A DNA stretch of 64,000 nt from the human T2T-CHM13v2.0 reference genome, Homo sapiens (GCF_009914755.1 NC_060946.1), one strand, 5' to 3'. Counted from the stretch's first letter, positions 13,259-27,879 are shown. Program-made: numbers and translations. Notes: generated by a model from the letters alone, not told the origin.

Positions 13259-16200
13259 CTGGAGTTGAGTAGAATGGAATGGAATGGAATGGAATGAAGT
13301 GCATTGGAACGGAATTGAATGGAGTGGAATGGAATGGAATGGAATGGGATAGAGTGGAGTGGATTGGAGTGGAATAGAGTGGAATGGAGTGGAGTGGAAT
13401 AGAGTAGAATGGAATGGAATGGAGCAGATTGGAGTGGAGTGGAATGGAGTAGAATGGAGTGGAAAGGAATGGAACGGCACAGAGGGGAATGGAATGTAGT
13501 GGAAAGGAATGGGGAGGAATTGAATGGAGTGGAGTCGAGTGGTGAGCAGTGGAGTTGAGTGGAGTGGAATGGATTGGAGTGGAGTGGAATGCAATGGAGT
13601 GGAGTTGAACTAAAAGGACTGGAATAGAATAGAGTGGAATGGAGTTCATTGGAGAGGAATGGAATGGAGTGGAATGAAGTTGAGTAGAATGAAGTATAAT
13701 GCGGTCGAGTGGCATGGAATGGAATGGAGTGGAGTGCAGTGGAGCGGAGTGGAATGGAATGGAATGGACTGGAATTGAGAGGAATGGAATGGAGTGGAAC
13801 GGACTGGAGTGGAATGGAAAGAAATGGAATGGAATGGATTGGAATTGATTGGAAAGGAATGGCGTGGAATGGAATGGAATGGAATGGAGAGAAGTGGAAA
13901 GGAGTGGAGAGGAATGGAATGGAATGGAATGGAATGGAATAGAGTGAAATGGAATGCAGTGAAGTGGAGTGGAATGGAGTGGAGTGGAGTGGAATGGAAT
14001 GGATTTTAATGGAATGGAATGGAACGGAATGGAGAGAAGGAGAGTGGAGTGGAGTGGGACGGAAAGTAATTGAAATGAATGCAATGGAAATAAATGGAAT
14101 GCAATGGAAAGGAATGGAGTGGAATGGAATGGAATGGAGAGGAATTGAGTGGAGTGGAATGGAATAGAATGGAATGGAGTGGAAAGGAATGGAATGGAAT
14201 GGAATAGAATGGATGGGAGTGGACCGGAGAGGAATGGAATGTAGTGGAGTGGAATAGAATGGAATGGAATGGAATGCAATGTAATGGAATGGAGCGGAAA
14301 GGAGTGAAGTGGAGTGGAGTGGAGGAGAGTAGGAATGGAATTGAATGGAAAGGAATGGAATGAAATGGAATTCAATGCAATGGAGTACAGTGGAAAGGAA
14401 TGGAATATGTTGGAGTGGAATGGAGTGCAGTGCAGTGGAATGGAATGGAAAGAAGTGGAATGAAATGGAATGGAAAGGAATGGAATGAAATGGAGTGGAA
14501 TGGAATGTAGTGAAAAGGACTTGAGTAGAATGCAATGGAATGGAATGGAGTGGAGTGGAAAGGAGTGTAGTGGGGTTCAGTGGAAATTAATGGAATGGAG
14601 TTGAATGGATTGGAGAGGAATGGGGTGGTATGGAGTGTAGTGGAATGGAATGGAATGGAATGGAGAGGAATGGAATGCAATGGAATGCAGTGGAGTGGAA
14701 TGGAATGGAATGGAGTTTTGTGGAGTGATATGGAATGGAGTGGATTAGAATGGAATGGAAAGCAATGGAATGGAAAGGAATGGAATGCAGTGGAAAGGAA
14801 TAGAATGGAGTGGAGTGGACTGGAATGGAGTGGAGTGGAATGCAGTGGAGTGGAGTGAAATGGAATGGAATGGATTAGAAGGAAATGGAATGGAATGGAA
14901 TGCAATGGAAAGGAATGGAATGGAGAGGAGTGGAGTGGAGTGGAGTTGAATAGAATGTAGTCCAGTGGAATAGAATGCCCTGTAGTGGAGTGGAATGGAA
15001 AGGATTGGAGTGGAATAGAATGGATTGCAATGGAATGGAATGCAAAGGAATGGCATGGAGTAGAGTGGTGTGAAGTGGATTGGAGTGGAGAAAATTGGAA
15101 TGGAATTAAATGGAAACCAATAGAAAAGAATGGAATAAAATGGAAGGGAGTAGAGTGGAATGGAATGGAATATAAAGAAGCAGAATGGAGTGGAGTGGAG
15201 TGGAATGTAATGCAATGGAGTGGAGGGTTGTATAGTGGAGTGTAGTGAAGGGGATTGGAAAGAAATGGAGTGGGATGGAATGGAATGGAATGGAATATAA
15301 GACAGTGGAGTGGAGTGGAGGGGAGTGGAATGGAAAGGAACGGAGTGCTATGGATTGGAACAGAATGGAATGCAATGTTATGGATTGGAATGGAGTGGAG
15401 TGGATTGGATCGGAATAGAATGGAGTGGAAAGGAATGGAGTAGAGTAGAATGGAATGGAATGGAATCGAAGGGAATGGAATGGAGTGGAATGGAAAGGAG
15501 AGGAGTGGAATGAAATGGAGTGGAGTGGAATGGAATGGAATGGGGTGGTGAGGAATTGAATGGATTTGAATGGAGAGGAGGGTATTGGAGTGGAGCAGAG
15601 TGGAGTGGAGAGGATTGTAATGGAATGAAATGGAATGTTATGAAATGGAGTGGAATAAAATTGTGTGGAATGGAATGGAGTGGAATGGAATGGAGTTCAA
15701 TGCATGGAATGGATTGAAGTGGAATGGAGTGGAATGGTATGGAATGGAATGGAGTGGAATGAAATGGAATGGAATGGAGTGGAATGGAATGGAATGGAAT
15801 AGAATGGAATGGAGTGGATTGGAATGTAAAGGAATGGAGTGGAGTGTAGTTGAGTTGAGTGGAAATGTAATGGAATGGAATAGAATGGATTGGAGTAGAA
15901 TGGAGTGGAGTTGAATGGAATGGAGTGGAGTGGAATGGAATGAAATGGAGTGGACTGGAGTGGTGTGGAATGGAGTGGAAAGGAGTGGAGTGGAATGGCG
16001 TGGAATGGAGTGGAGTGGAGGCGAGTGGAGAGTAGTGGAATGGATTGGAGGGTAGTGGAATGGAATGGCATGGAATAGAACGGAGTGGAATGGAGACTTC
16101 TGGAGTGGAGAGGAATGGAGTGAAACGGAATTGAATGGAATAGAGAGGAGAGGACTAGAGAGGAGTGGAGTGCAGTGGCGTGGAGCGGAGTGGAGTGGGG

Positions 16201-19200
16201 TGGAATTTAGTGTAATTGTGTTCAACGGAATTGAATGGAGTGTAGTGGAATGGAATGGAGTGGATTGGAAAAGAATGGAGTGGAGTGGAACGGCATAGAA
16301 TGGAATGGAAGGGAGTGGACTGGAGTCGAGTGGAGTGGAATGTAATGGAGTGGAATGGAGTGGAGAACAATGAAGTGGAATGGAGTGGAGAGGAATAGAA
16401 TGGACTGGAGTGGATTGGAATGGAATAGAGTATAGTGGAATGTAGTGGAATGGAATGGAATCAAATGGAATGGAATGGAATTTATTGGAATGGAATGGAG
16501 TGAACTGGAGTGGAGAGGAATGGAATGAAATAGAATGGAATGCAATGGAATGGAGTGGAATGGAATGGAATGGAGTGGAATGGAATGGAATGGGGTGGAA
16601 TCAAATGCAATGGAAGGCTATGGAATGGAATGGAGTGCAGTGGAATGGAATGGAGTAGAATACAGTGGAGTGTAATGGAATGGAATGGAGTGGAATGGAA
16701 GGAAATGGAATGAAATGGAAAGGAATGGAATGGAAAGGAATGGAGTAGAATGGAGTGGAGTGGAGTGGAATGGAGTGGAGTGCAGTGGAATGAAATGGAA
16801 TGGAATGGAAAAGAGTGGAGTGCAGTGAAGTGAAATGGAGTAGTGTGGAATGGAATGGAATGGAATGGATTGAAATGGAACGGAATGGAATGAAATTGAA
16901 TGGAATGGAATTTAGTGGAATGGAATGCGTTATACGGGAGTGGAGAGGAATGGATTGGAACGGAATGGAATGGAATGGAGAGGAATGGAATGAAACGGAT
17001 TTGAGTGGAAAGGAATGAAGTGGCATATAATGGAAAGGTGTGGAATGGAATGGAATGGAATGGAATAGTGTGGAATGGAAAGTAGTGGAATGGAGTGGAG
17101 TGGAATAGAATAGAGTGGAGTGAAATGGAGTGAAATGGAATGGAATAGAATTGAATGCAGTGGAATCGAGTGGAATGTAATGGAGTGCAATTGAACGGAG
17201 TGGAATGGAATGGAAAAGAAAGGAATGGAATGGAACGGAATGAATTAGAATGGAATGGAATGGAGTGGAGTGCCGTGGAATGGAATGGAGAGGATTGGAA
17301 TGGAATTCAATGTATTGGAATGGAATGGAATGTAGTGGAGAGGAATGGAGTGGAATGGAGAGGAGGGGAGTGGAATACAATGGAATGGAATGCAATGGAA
17401 TGGAGTTGAGTGGAGTGATATAGAATGGAATGGAATGGAGTGGAATGGAATGGAGTGGAATTGAATGGAGTGAATAGAATGGAGTGGAAAGGAATGAAAT
17501 AGAAAGGAGTGGAGTGGAATGGAATGGAATGGAGTGGTATGAAATGGAGTGGAATAGAAAGAAATAGAATGGAGTGGAGTGCAATGGAATGGAATGGAAT
17601 GCATTGGTATGGAATGCGTTGACTGGAATGTCATTGAATGGAATGGAATGGAATGGAATGGAGTGGACTGGAATGCAATGGAATGGAATGGAATGGAATA
17701 GAATGGAATGCAGTGGAGTGCAGACGTGTGGAGTAGGGAGGAGTGCAGAGGGATGGATAGGAATTGGGTTGAATTGATTAGAATTGAATAGAATTGAGTG
17801 GATCTGAATGAAATTGGGTGGAGTGGAATTGTTTGGAGTGGAAAGGAATGGAGTGGAATGAAGTTGAGTGCAATGGAATTGAAAGCAATGAAGAGCAGTG
17901 GAATGCAATTAAATGGATTGGAGTGGAATTTCATGGAATGGATTGGAATACAGTGGAGTGGAATGTAGTGGAATGGAGTTTATTAGAATGGAATGGAATG
18001 GAGCGGAAAATACTGAAAGGGAATGGAATGCAATGGAATGGAAGGGAAAGGAATGGAATGGAATGGAATAGAATGCAATGCAAATGAATGGAATGCAATG
18101 GAATAGAATGCAATTGAATGGAATGTAATGAAGTGGAATGGCATGGAATAGAATTGAGTGGAGAGTAGTAGAGTTGAGTGGAAAGTAATGGAATGGAGTG
18201 GAATGGATTGGAGTGAAATGGAATGGAATGGAGTGGACTGGTACGGAATGGGATGGAGTGGAATGGACTGGAGTGGATTGGAGTAGATTGAAGTGGAGTA
18301 GAATGGAGTAGAATGGAGTGGAATGGAATGGAATGGTGTGGTGGGGAATGGAATGGAGCGGAATGGAATAGGGTGGAATGGAATGGAGTGGAGTGTTTTG
18401 GAGAGGAGTGGAGTGGAATGGAGTGGAATGGAGTGGATTGGAGTGGAATGGAATGGAAGGGAGTGGAATGGAATCTTGTTGTGTGGACAGTAATGGAATG
18501 AAATGGAGTGGAATAGAATGCACGGGAGAGGAGTGGAGTGGAGTGGTGTTGAATGGAGTTGAGTTGTGTGGAATGGAGAAGAATGGAGTGTATTGGAGAG
18601 GAGTGGAGTGGAGTGGAATGGAGTGGAAGGGAGCGGAACGGATTTTTGCGGAGTGGAGAGTAATGGAATGAAATGGAGTGGAACAGAATGTAGAGGAGAG
18701 GAGTGGAGAGGAGTGGAGTGGAGTTTCGTGGCGTAGAGAAGGGTAGAATGGAGTGGAATGGAGTGCAACACAGTGGAATGGAGTGGAATGGAATGTAATG
18801 GATTGGAGTGGATTGGAATGGACTGGAAAGGACTGCAGTGGAATGGAGTCAAGTGGAGTGAAATGGAATGCTGTGGAATGGAATGGTGTAGAACGAAGTG
18901 GAATGGAGTGGAGTGGAGAGGAATGGAAGGGAATGCAATGGAATGGAATGGAATGTAGTGGAATCGCGTGGAATGGAATGGAGTGCAATGGAATAGAGTG
19001 GAGTGGAATTGTTTGGAGTGTAGTGGAGAGGAATTGAGGGGAATGCAATGGAATGGAATGGAATGGAATGTAGTGTAATGCAGTGGAATGGAATGGAGTG
19101 GAATGGAATTCTGTGGAATGGAAAGGAGTGGTCTGTTGTGGAATGAAGTGGAGTCAAATGGAGTAGAGTTGAGTGGAGTGGAATGGAGAGGAATGGAATG

Positions 19201-22200
19201 GAAAGGTGTGGATTAGAGTGGAGTGGTGTGGAATGAATAGGAATGGATTGGAGTAGAATAGAATGAAACGGAATGGAATGTAATGCAATGGAGTGGAATG
19301 GAATGGACTGGGGTGGATTGGAATGGAGTGGAGTGGAATGGAATGGAAAGCAGTGGAATGGAATAGAATGGAATGGAATGGAGAACAGGGGAGTGTAGCG
19401 GAGTGCAGAGTAGTGGAATGGAATGGAATGGAATGGAAGGGCGTGGAGTGGAATGGAATGGAATGAAATGGAGTGGAATGGAGTGGAGTGAAGTGGAATG
19501 GAATGGAATGGAGAGGGATGGAGTGGAATCAAATGGAATGTAATGGAGTAGAATGAAATGGAATGGAGTGGAGTGGAGAGGAGTGGAATGGAAAGGAGTG
19601 GAGTGGACTGGAATGGAATGTAGTGGAGTGGAATTGAGGGGAGTGCAATGGAATGGAGTGGATTGGAATGGAATGGAATGGAATCGAGAGGAGAGGATTG
19701 GAGTGGCACAGAGTGGAGTGGAAAGGAATGTAATATAATGTAAAGTAATGTAATGTAATGTAATGGAAAGGAATGGAATGGAATGGAATGGAATCGAATG
19801 GAATGGAATGGAATGGAATTGTATGGGATCGAATTCAGTGGAGTGGAATAGAATAGAATGGAATGTAATTGAGTGGAATGGAGCATAGTGGATTGTAATG
19901 GAATGGAGTGGAGTGGAATGGAATGGAGTGGAACGGAAGAGAGTGGATTGGAGTGGAATGGAATGGAAAGGAGTACAATGGAATGGAGTGGAGTGGAATG
20001 GAATGGAGTGGAATGGAATGGAATGGAGTGGAGTGGACTGGAATGGAGTGGAATGGAATTGAATGGAATGGAATGGAATGGAACGGAATGGAATGCAATG
20101 AAATGCAGAGGAATGGAATGTAAAGAATGGAATTGAATTGAGAAGAACCGAAAGGAATGGAATGGAATGCACTCAATTCCAGCGGATTGCTGTGGAATGT
20201 AATGGAAAAGAGTGCAATGGAATGGAATTGAACGGAATGGAAAGGAATGGAATGGTATGGAATGGAATTTAATAGAGTGGGGTGGAATGGAATGGAGTGG
20301 AGTGGAAAGGAATGGAATGGAAAGGAATGGAACGGAATGGGAAGGAATGGAATGGAGATGACGGGAGTGTAGTAGACTGTATTGGACTGGAATGGAATGG
20401 AATGGAATAGATTGGGGTGGAGCGGAAGGGAATGGAATGAAATGGAGTGGAATGGAGTGGCGTGGAGTGGGGTGGAATGGAAAGGAATGGAATGGAGTGG
20501 GAGTGAATGGAATGGAATTGACAGTAATGGAGTGGAATGGAATGGAACGGAGTGGAGTAGAGTGGAATGGAATGGAATGGAGTGGAGTGGAATGTGTTGG
20601 AATGGAATGAAATGGAATTGAATAGACACGAGCAGAAGGAACTCAAAGGGAATGGAATAGAGCGTTATAGAATGGAAAAGAATGGAATGGTCTCGATTGG
20701 AATAGAATGGAGTGGAATGGATTGGAATGGAATGGAATGTATTCTAATGGAATGGATTGGAATGGATTGGAATGGAATGGCATGGATTCTAATGGAATGG
20801 AATGGAATGAAACGGAATAGAATTCAATAGAATGGCATGGCATGGAATGGAATGGAATGGAATGGCTTGTAGTGAAATGTATCGGTATGGAATCCAATGG
20901 GAAAGAATAGAAAGGAATGAAAAGGAAAGGAATGGAACGGAATGGAATGTAACGGAATGGATTCCAATGGAATGGAAAGGCATGTAATGCAATCGAACAA
21001 AATGGAATTGAATGGAATGGAATGGAATGGAATGGAATGGAATGGAATGGAATAGAATGGAATGGAATGTACTCGAATGGAAAGGAATCCAAAGGAATGG
21101 AATCTAACGGAATGGAATCTCATGGAATGTAGTTGAATTGAATGGACGCTAATCGAACAGTCTCGAAGGGAATGGATTGGAGTTGAATGGAACGGAAAGA
21201 CTCGAATGGAATGAAATGGAATGGAATGGAATGGAATGGAGTGGAACGCAATCGCATGGAATGGAATGGAATGGACTCGAATATAATGGATGGAATAGAA
21301 TGGATTCCGTTGGAATGGACTTGAATGGAGTGCAATTGAATGCAGAGAAGTCCAAAGGAATGGAATTGAACTGGATGGAATCCAATGGACACGAATGGAA
21401 TGGACTCCTTTGGAATGGACTCGAGTAGAATGCTATCAAATGGAATGTAGTGGAATGGAATGGAATCAAATGGAATGGACTAGAATGGAATGGACTGGAA
21501 TGTAATGGAATGTAATGGAATGCAATTGAATGGAATGGAATGCAATGGAAAAGAATGGAATAGAATGGAATGGAATGCAATGGAGTGGAATTTAATGAAC
21601 TGCAATGGAATGGACTAGAACGGTATGGAATCGAATGGAATGGACTTGAATGGAATGGATTCGAATGGAATGGACTCTAATTATCTCGAATGGAATGGAC
21701 AATAATGGAATGGTCTCCATGGAATGGAATCAAATGGAATGCAATCGAATGGAATGGAATCGAATGGAATGGAATTGAATGCCTTGGAATGGAATGAAAC
21801 GAATGGAAGGGAATGAACTGCAATGGAATGGACTCGAATAGAATTGACTGGAATGGAATGGACTTGAATGGAATGCCCTCGAAAGGTATACAATTGAAAG
21901 GAATGGAATGGAATGGACTCAAAAGTTATGGATTAGAATGGAACAGTTCTTGAAAGGAATGCAATCAAATGAAATGGAATCGAATGGAATGGATTTGAAT
22001 GGAATGTAATAGAATGGAATAGTCTGGAATGGAATGGACTCAAAGTTAATGGAATGGAATGGAACAGTCTCGAATGGAATGAATTGGAATATAATGGAAT
22101 TGAATGAAATGGAATGCAATGGTACGAAAAGGAATTGAATCAAATGGAATGGAATGGAATGGAATGGAGTGGAATGGAATCGATTAGAATTGAATGGTCT

Positions 22201-25200
22201 CGAATGGAATGGATTCGAATGGAATGGACTTGAGTGGTCTGGAATGCAATGGACTCGAATGCAATGGTCTCCAATGGAATGGACTCGAATGGAATGCAAT
22301 CAAAAGGAATGGAATTGAATTGAATGGAATCGAGTAAAGTGGAATAGAATGGAAGCAAAAGCAATGGACTAGAATGGAATGGTCTTGAATGGAATGGAAT
22401 CGAATTGAATGGAATTGAAAGAATGGATTAGAATGGTATGAAATCGAATGGAATCGAATGCTCTGGAATGGAATAGAATGAACTCGAATTTAATGGACTG
22501 GAATGGTATGCACTCAAATGGAATGGAATCGACATTATGGGAATCTAGCGGAATAGATTCTACTGGAATGGAATCGAATTGAATGGATACGAATGGCATG
22601 AACTGGAATGGACATTTCTCCAATGGAATGGAATGGAATGGAATGGTGTGGAATGGAATGTACTCGAATGGAATGGTCTCCAATGGAATGGACTCGAATG
22701 GAACGCAATAGAAAGGAATGGTATCTAATGGAATTGAATCAAACAAATGGGAATTGAATGGACAAGAAAGGATTATACTAGAATGGAACCGTCTCTAATG
22801 GAATGGAATTGAATAGAATGGAATTGAATGGATTCGATTCGAATGGAATGAAAAGGAATCAAATCGAATGGACTGTAATGGAAAATAATCGACTCGAATG
22901 TAATGGACTCGAATGAAATGCCTTCGAATGGTATAGAAACTAATGGAATGGAAGCTAAAGGAATGGAATTGAATCAAATGGAAACAAAAGGAACGAAGTG
23001 GAATGGAAAGTTCTCCAATGGAATGGAATGGAATACAATGGAATGGAATGGAATGGAAAGGAAAGGAATGGAAACGAATGGAATGGAATGGAATGGAATG
23101 CAAAGGATTCAAAATGAATGAAAAGGAATGAAATGGAATAGAATGTAATGGAATGGACTCGAAGGGAATGGAATGGCAGAGCAAGGAATGGAATGTACTC
23201 GAATGGAAAGGAATGGAATGCAATGGAATGGAATCGAACCGAATGGAATGGCATGGGATGTAATCGAATGGAATAGAATGGAATGGAATGGAATGGAATC
23301 GAATGGAATAGAATGGACTCAAAGGAAATGCAATCGAATGGAATGGAATCCAATGGAGTGGTATCGAATTGAATAAATTGAAATGGAACGGTCTCGAAAG
23401 GAATGGAATTGAATGGAATGGAATGGAATGCAATCATATGGAATGGAGTGGAATGGAATGGAGATGAATGTAATGAAATGGACTGGAAAGTAACGGACAA
23501 GAATGGAATGGACTCAAATGGAATGGAATCGAATGCAATGGAATCGAACTGAATGGAATCAAATGGAATGGAATCTAATGGAATGGACTCGAATTGAACG
23601 GATTGGAAAGGAATGGTCTTTAATGGAATGGAAAGGAATGGAATGGAATGGAATCGAATTGAATGGAATGGAATCAAATGGAATGGAATTGAATGGAGAA
23701 GAAAGTGATGGAATGGAATGGAATGAAATTGATGTGAATGGAATGGACTGGAATGGAATGGAATTAAATGGATTAGAATGGAATGGAATGGAATGGAATG
23801 GAATGGACTCGAATGTAATGGAGTAGAATGGAATGGACTTGAGTGGAATGGACTCGAATTGAATGGAAAGGAGTGCAATGTAATGCAAGAGAATAGACTT
23901 GAATGTAATGGAATGGAATGTAATTTAATGGAATAGAATGGACTCGAATTAAATGGACTCGAATGGAGTGGAATGGAATGGAATGGAATGGACTCGAATG
24001 GAATGGAATGGCATTCAATATAATAGAACACACTGGAATGGAATGGAATGCAATGGAATGGTCTCGATTGGAATGGAATGGCATGAAAAGGAATGGCATG
24101 GCATGAAATTGAATCGAACAAAATGGAATGGAATGGAATGCAATGGAATGGAATAGAATGGAAAGGAATGGACTCAAATGTAATGGACTCCATTATAATG
24201 GACTTCAATGGAATGCAATCATATGGAATGGAATCAAATGGAATGGAATCGAATGGAATGAAACCGAATGGAATAGACTTGAATGGAATGGACTCGAATG
24301 GAATGCACTGAAAAGGAAAGGTCTCGAATGGAATGGAATGCCATGGAATGGAATGCAATGCAATGGAAATGAATGGAATGGAATCGAATGAAATGGACTG
24401 GAATGGAATTGATTCGAATGAAATGGACTCGAATGGAATGGGTTTGAATAGAATGGGCTCAAATGGTCTGGAATGCAACAGACTCGAAATGAATGGTCTC
24501 CAGTGGAATGGACTTGAATGGACTGAAATAGACAGGAATGGAATCGAATGGTATGGAATCGAATAAAGTGGAACGGAATGGACTCCAAAGGAATGGACTA
24601 AAATGGAACGGACTCGAATATAATGGAATTGTATTGAATGGAGTTGAATGGAATGGATTCGAATTGAATGAAATCAAATGGAATTGAATGGTCTGGAAAG
24701 GAATAGAATGGACTAGCATGTAATGGACCGGAATGGAATGCACTCAAGTGGAATGGAATCGAATGGAATGGAATCGAATGGAATGGAATCATATCAAATG
24801 CACACGAATGGAATCAATTGGAATGGAAAGGTCTTGAAAGCAATGTAATGGAATGGACTCGAATGGTGTGGAAAGGAAGGGACTCTAATAGAATGGTATA
24901 CAATGGAATGGACTCAAATGGAATCCTATGGAAAGGAATGGAATCGAATGGAAATGAATCGAATAAAGTGGAATTGAATGGACTCGAAAAGTATAGACTA
25001 GAATGGAAAGGTCTCGAATGGAGTGGAAATGAATGGAATGGAATTGAATGGAATAGATTCGAAGGGAAAGAGATAGAATGGTCTGGAATGGAATAGAATC
25101 AACTCAAATGTAAAGGAGTCGAATGCAATGGACTCGAATGGAAAAGAATCGAATGGAATGGAATCTAATGGAATGGAATAGAATCAAATGGACAAAAATG

Positions 25201-26490
25201 GAATGAAATTGAATGGAAAGGTCTCGAATTGAAAGGAATGGAATGGAATATAATGGAATGGAAAGGAATATAATGGAATGGAATGAAAACGAATGAAAAG
25301 GAGTGGAATTGAATGCAATGGATTCGCATTGAATGGAAAGGAATGGAATGGAATGGAATGGACTCGAATATAATGGAAAGGTATGGCATGGAATGGAATG
25401 GAATGGAATTGACTCAAAAGAAATGGGAATGGAATGGAATGGAATGGAATGGAATGGAATGGAAAAGAAGGCAATGGAATGGCATGGGATGGAATTGAAA
25501 GGAACAGAATCGAACTGAATGGAATGGAATGGAATGGAATGGAATGGACTCGAATGAAATGGAAACGAATTGAATGGAATCTAATGGAAGGATGTCGAAT
25601 TGAACAAATTGAAATGTAACGGTCTCGAAAGGAACGGAATTGAACGGAATGGAATGGAGTGGAAGACAATCGCATGGAATGGAATGGAATGGAATGGAAT
25701 TGCATGGACTGGAATGGACTGGAAAGTAATGGAGAAGAATGGAATGGAATCATAAGGAATGGAATCGAATGTAATAGAATCAAATGGAATGGAATTGAAT
25801 GTAATGGACATGAATTGAATGGATTGGAATGGAACAGTCTTGAATGGAATGGAATTGAATGGAATAGAATGGACTGGAATGGAATGGAATGGAATGGAAT
25901 GGAAAGTAATTGAATGGAATGGAAATGAATGGAATGGAATGCAATGGAATCCAATGGAATGGAATAGAAGGGAATGGAATCAAATGGAGCAGAATGTAAT
26001 GTAGTGGAATATAATGTAACGTAATTGAATGGAATGGAATTTAATTGATTCCAATGGAATGGACGGGAAAGGAATGGAATCAAATGGAATGGAAGGGAAT
26101 GGAATGGAATGGATTCGAATGTAATGGATTGGAATGGAATTGACCTGAATGGAATGGACTCGAATGGAGTGGAGTCTAATTGAATGGAAATGAGTGCAGT
26201 GGAATGCAATAGAATTGACTTGAATGTAGTGGACTGGAATGTAATTTAATGGAATGGAATGGACTCGAATAGAATGGACTCCAAAGGAATGGATTCGAAA
26301 GTGATGAACGCGTATGGTCAGGAATGGAACGGACTCGAATGGAATGGTCACCAATGGAATGGACTCAAATCGAATACAATCGAATGGAATGGAATAGAAT
26401 GGAATGGAATCAAATGGAATGGAATAGAATGGAATGGAATCTAATGGAATGGAATAGAATTAAAAGCACACAAATGGAATTAACTGGAAT

Positions 26491-26505
26491 GGAACTTTCT
26501 CGAAT
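26491..26505. promoter_or_regulatory. Consensus heat-shock element, candidate HSF1 site
   Basis: gGAAc tTTCt cGAAt. The motif match is direct; function is inferred. Confidence 0.4.
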
Positions 26506-27145
26506 GGAATGGAATGGAAAAGAATGGAAAGGAATGGAATGGAATGCAATGGAATTGAATGAAATGGACTCAATGGAATGCACTGGAATGGAATGGAATG
26601 TACGTGAGAATAATGGAATGGAATGGAATGGATTAGAATGGAATGGAGTCAAACGGAATGGAATCAAATGGAATGGAATCCAAAGGAGGTGAATCACAAG
26701 TAATCGAAAAAACAGGAATGGACTCAAATGGAAAAGAATCAAAAGGAATGGAATGGACTGCTCTAGAATGGAATGGTCTCGCAAGGAATGGAAGTGAAGG
26801 GAATCATGTCGAATGAAGTGTACCAGAATGGATTGGAATCGAAAGGAATTGAATCGAATGCAATGGAATCGAATGGAACGGAATGGACTGGAAAAGAATG
26901 GAATGGACTCGAATGTAACGGACTGAATGCTATGAACTCGAATGGAATGGAATTGAATGGAATGGAATCAAATGTAATTGACTCGAATAGAATGTAAACG
27001 AATGGAATGGAATCAAAAGGAATAGAAAAGAATGGAGTGTAATGGAATGGAATGCAATCGAATGGAAAGGAAAGGCCTGGAATGGAATCGAATGGAATGG
27101 AATCGAATGGAATGGAAGAGAATGGAATAGAATCTAATGGAATGA

Positions 27146-27260
27146 AATGGAATGGAATGGAATGGAATGGAATGGAATGGAATGGAATGGAATGGAATAC
27201 AATGGAATGGAATGGAATGGAATGGAATGGAATGGAATGGAATGGAATGGAATGGAATGG
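27146..27260 (+). repeat. Near-perfect tract (AATGG)10-AATAC-(AATGG)12
   Basis: Read directly; among the purest consensus runs in the window. Confidence 0.88.
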
Positions 27261-27469
27261 AAATGAATAAAATGGAATTGAATGCAATCAAGTGGATTCC
27301 AGTTCAATGGAAAGGAATGAAATGGGATGGAATAGAATGGAATGGAATGGAATGGACACGAATGGAATGGAACGAAATGGCATGGCGTGGAATGAAATGG
27401 AATGGAATGTACGCGAATGGATTGGAATGGAATGGAATGCAACAGAATGGCATGGAATGGAATCGAATG

Positions 27470-27527
27470 GATTGGAATGGCATGGGTTGGAATCGAACAG
27501 ATTGGAATGGCATGGGTTGGAATCGAA
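27470..27527 (+). repeat. 30-bp tandem duplication
   Basis: attggaatggcatgggttggaatcgaa at 27471 and 27501. Confidence 0.85.
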
Positions 27528-27879
27528 TGGAATGGAATGGAATGACATGGAAGGGAAAGGAATGAGTTGTAATGAAATTTAACGGAATGCTTTAGAATTG
27601 AATAAGTTGAAATGGAATGGTCTCAAATGGAATGGAATTGAATGGAATGGAATAGAATGGAAGGGAATGCAATCGAATGGAATCGAATGGAAAGGAATGG
27701 ACTGGAATGTAAAGGAATGGACTGGAAAGTATTGAGCAGTAATAAAATGGACTCCAATGTTATGTAATCGAATGGAATGCAATCAAATGGAATTGAATCG
27801 AAGGGAATGGATTGGAATGCAAAGGACTCAAACAGAATGGACTGGAATGGAAAGGTCTCAAATAGAATGGAATGGAATC

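Larger units (their letters stand above)
8435..20620 (+). repeat. HSat3 domain B1: GGAGT/GGAAT mixed dialect, CpG-poor
   Basis: Abundant GGAGT, GGAGA, GTAGT and GCAGT pentamers. GGACTCGAAT and GGTCTC motifs are essentially absent. Confidence 0.88.
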
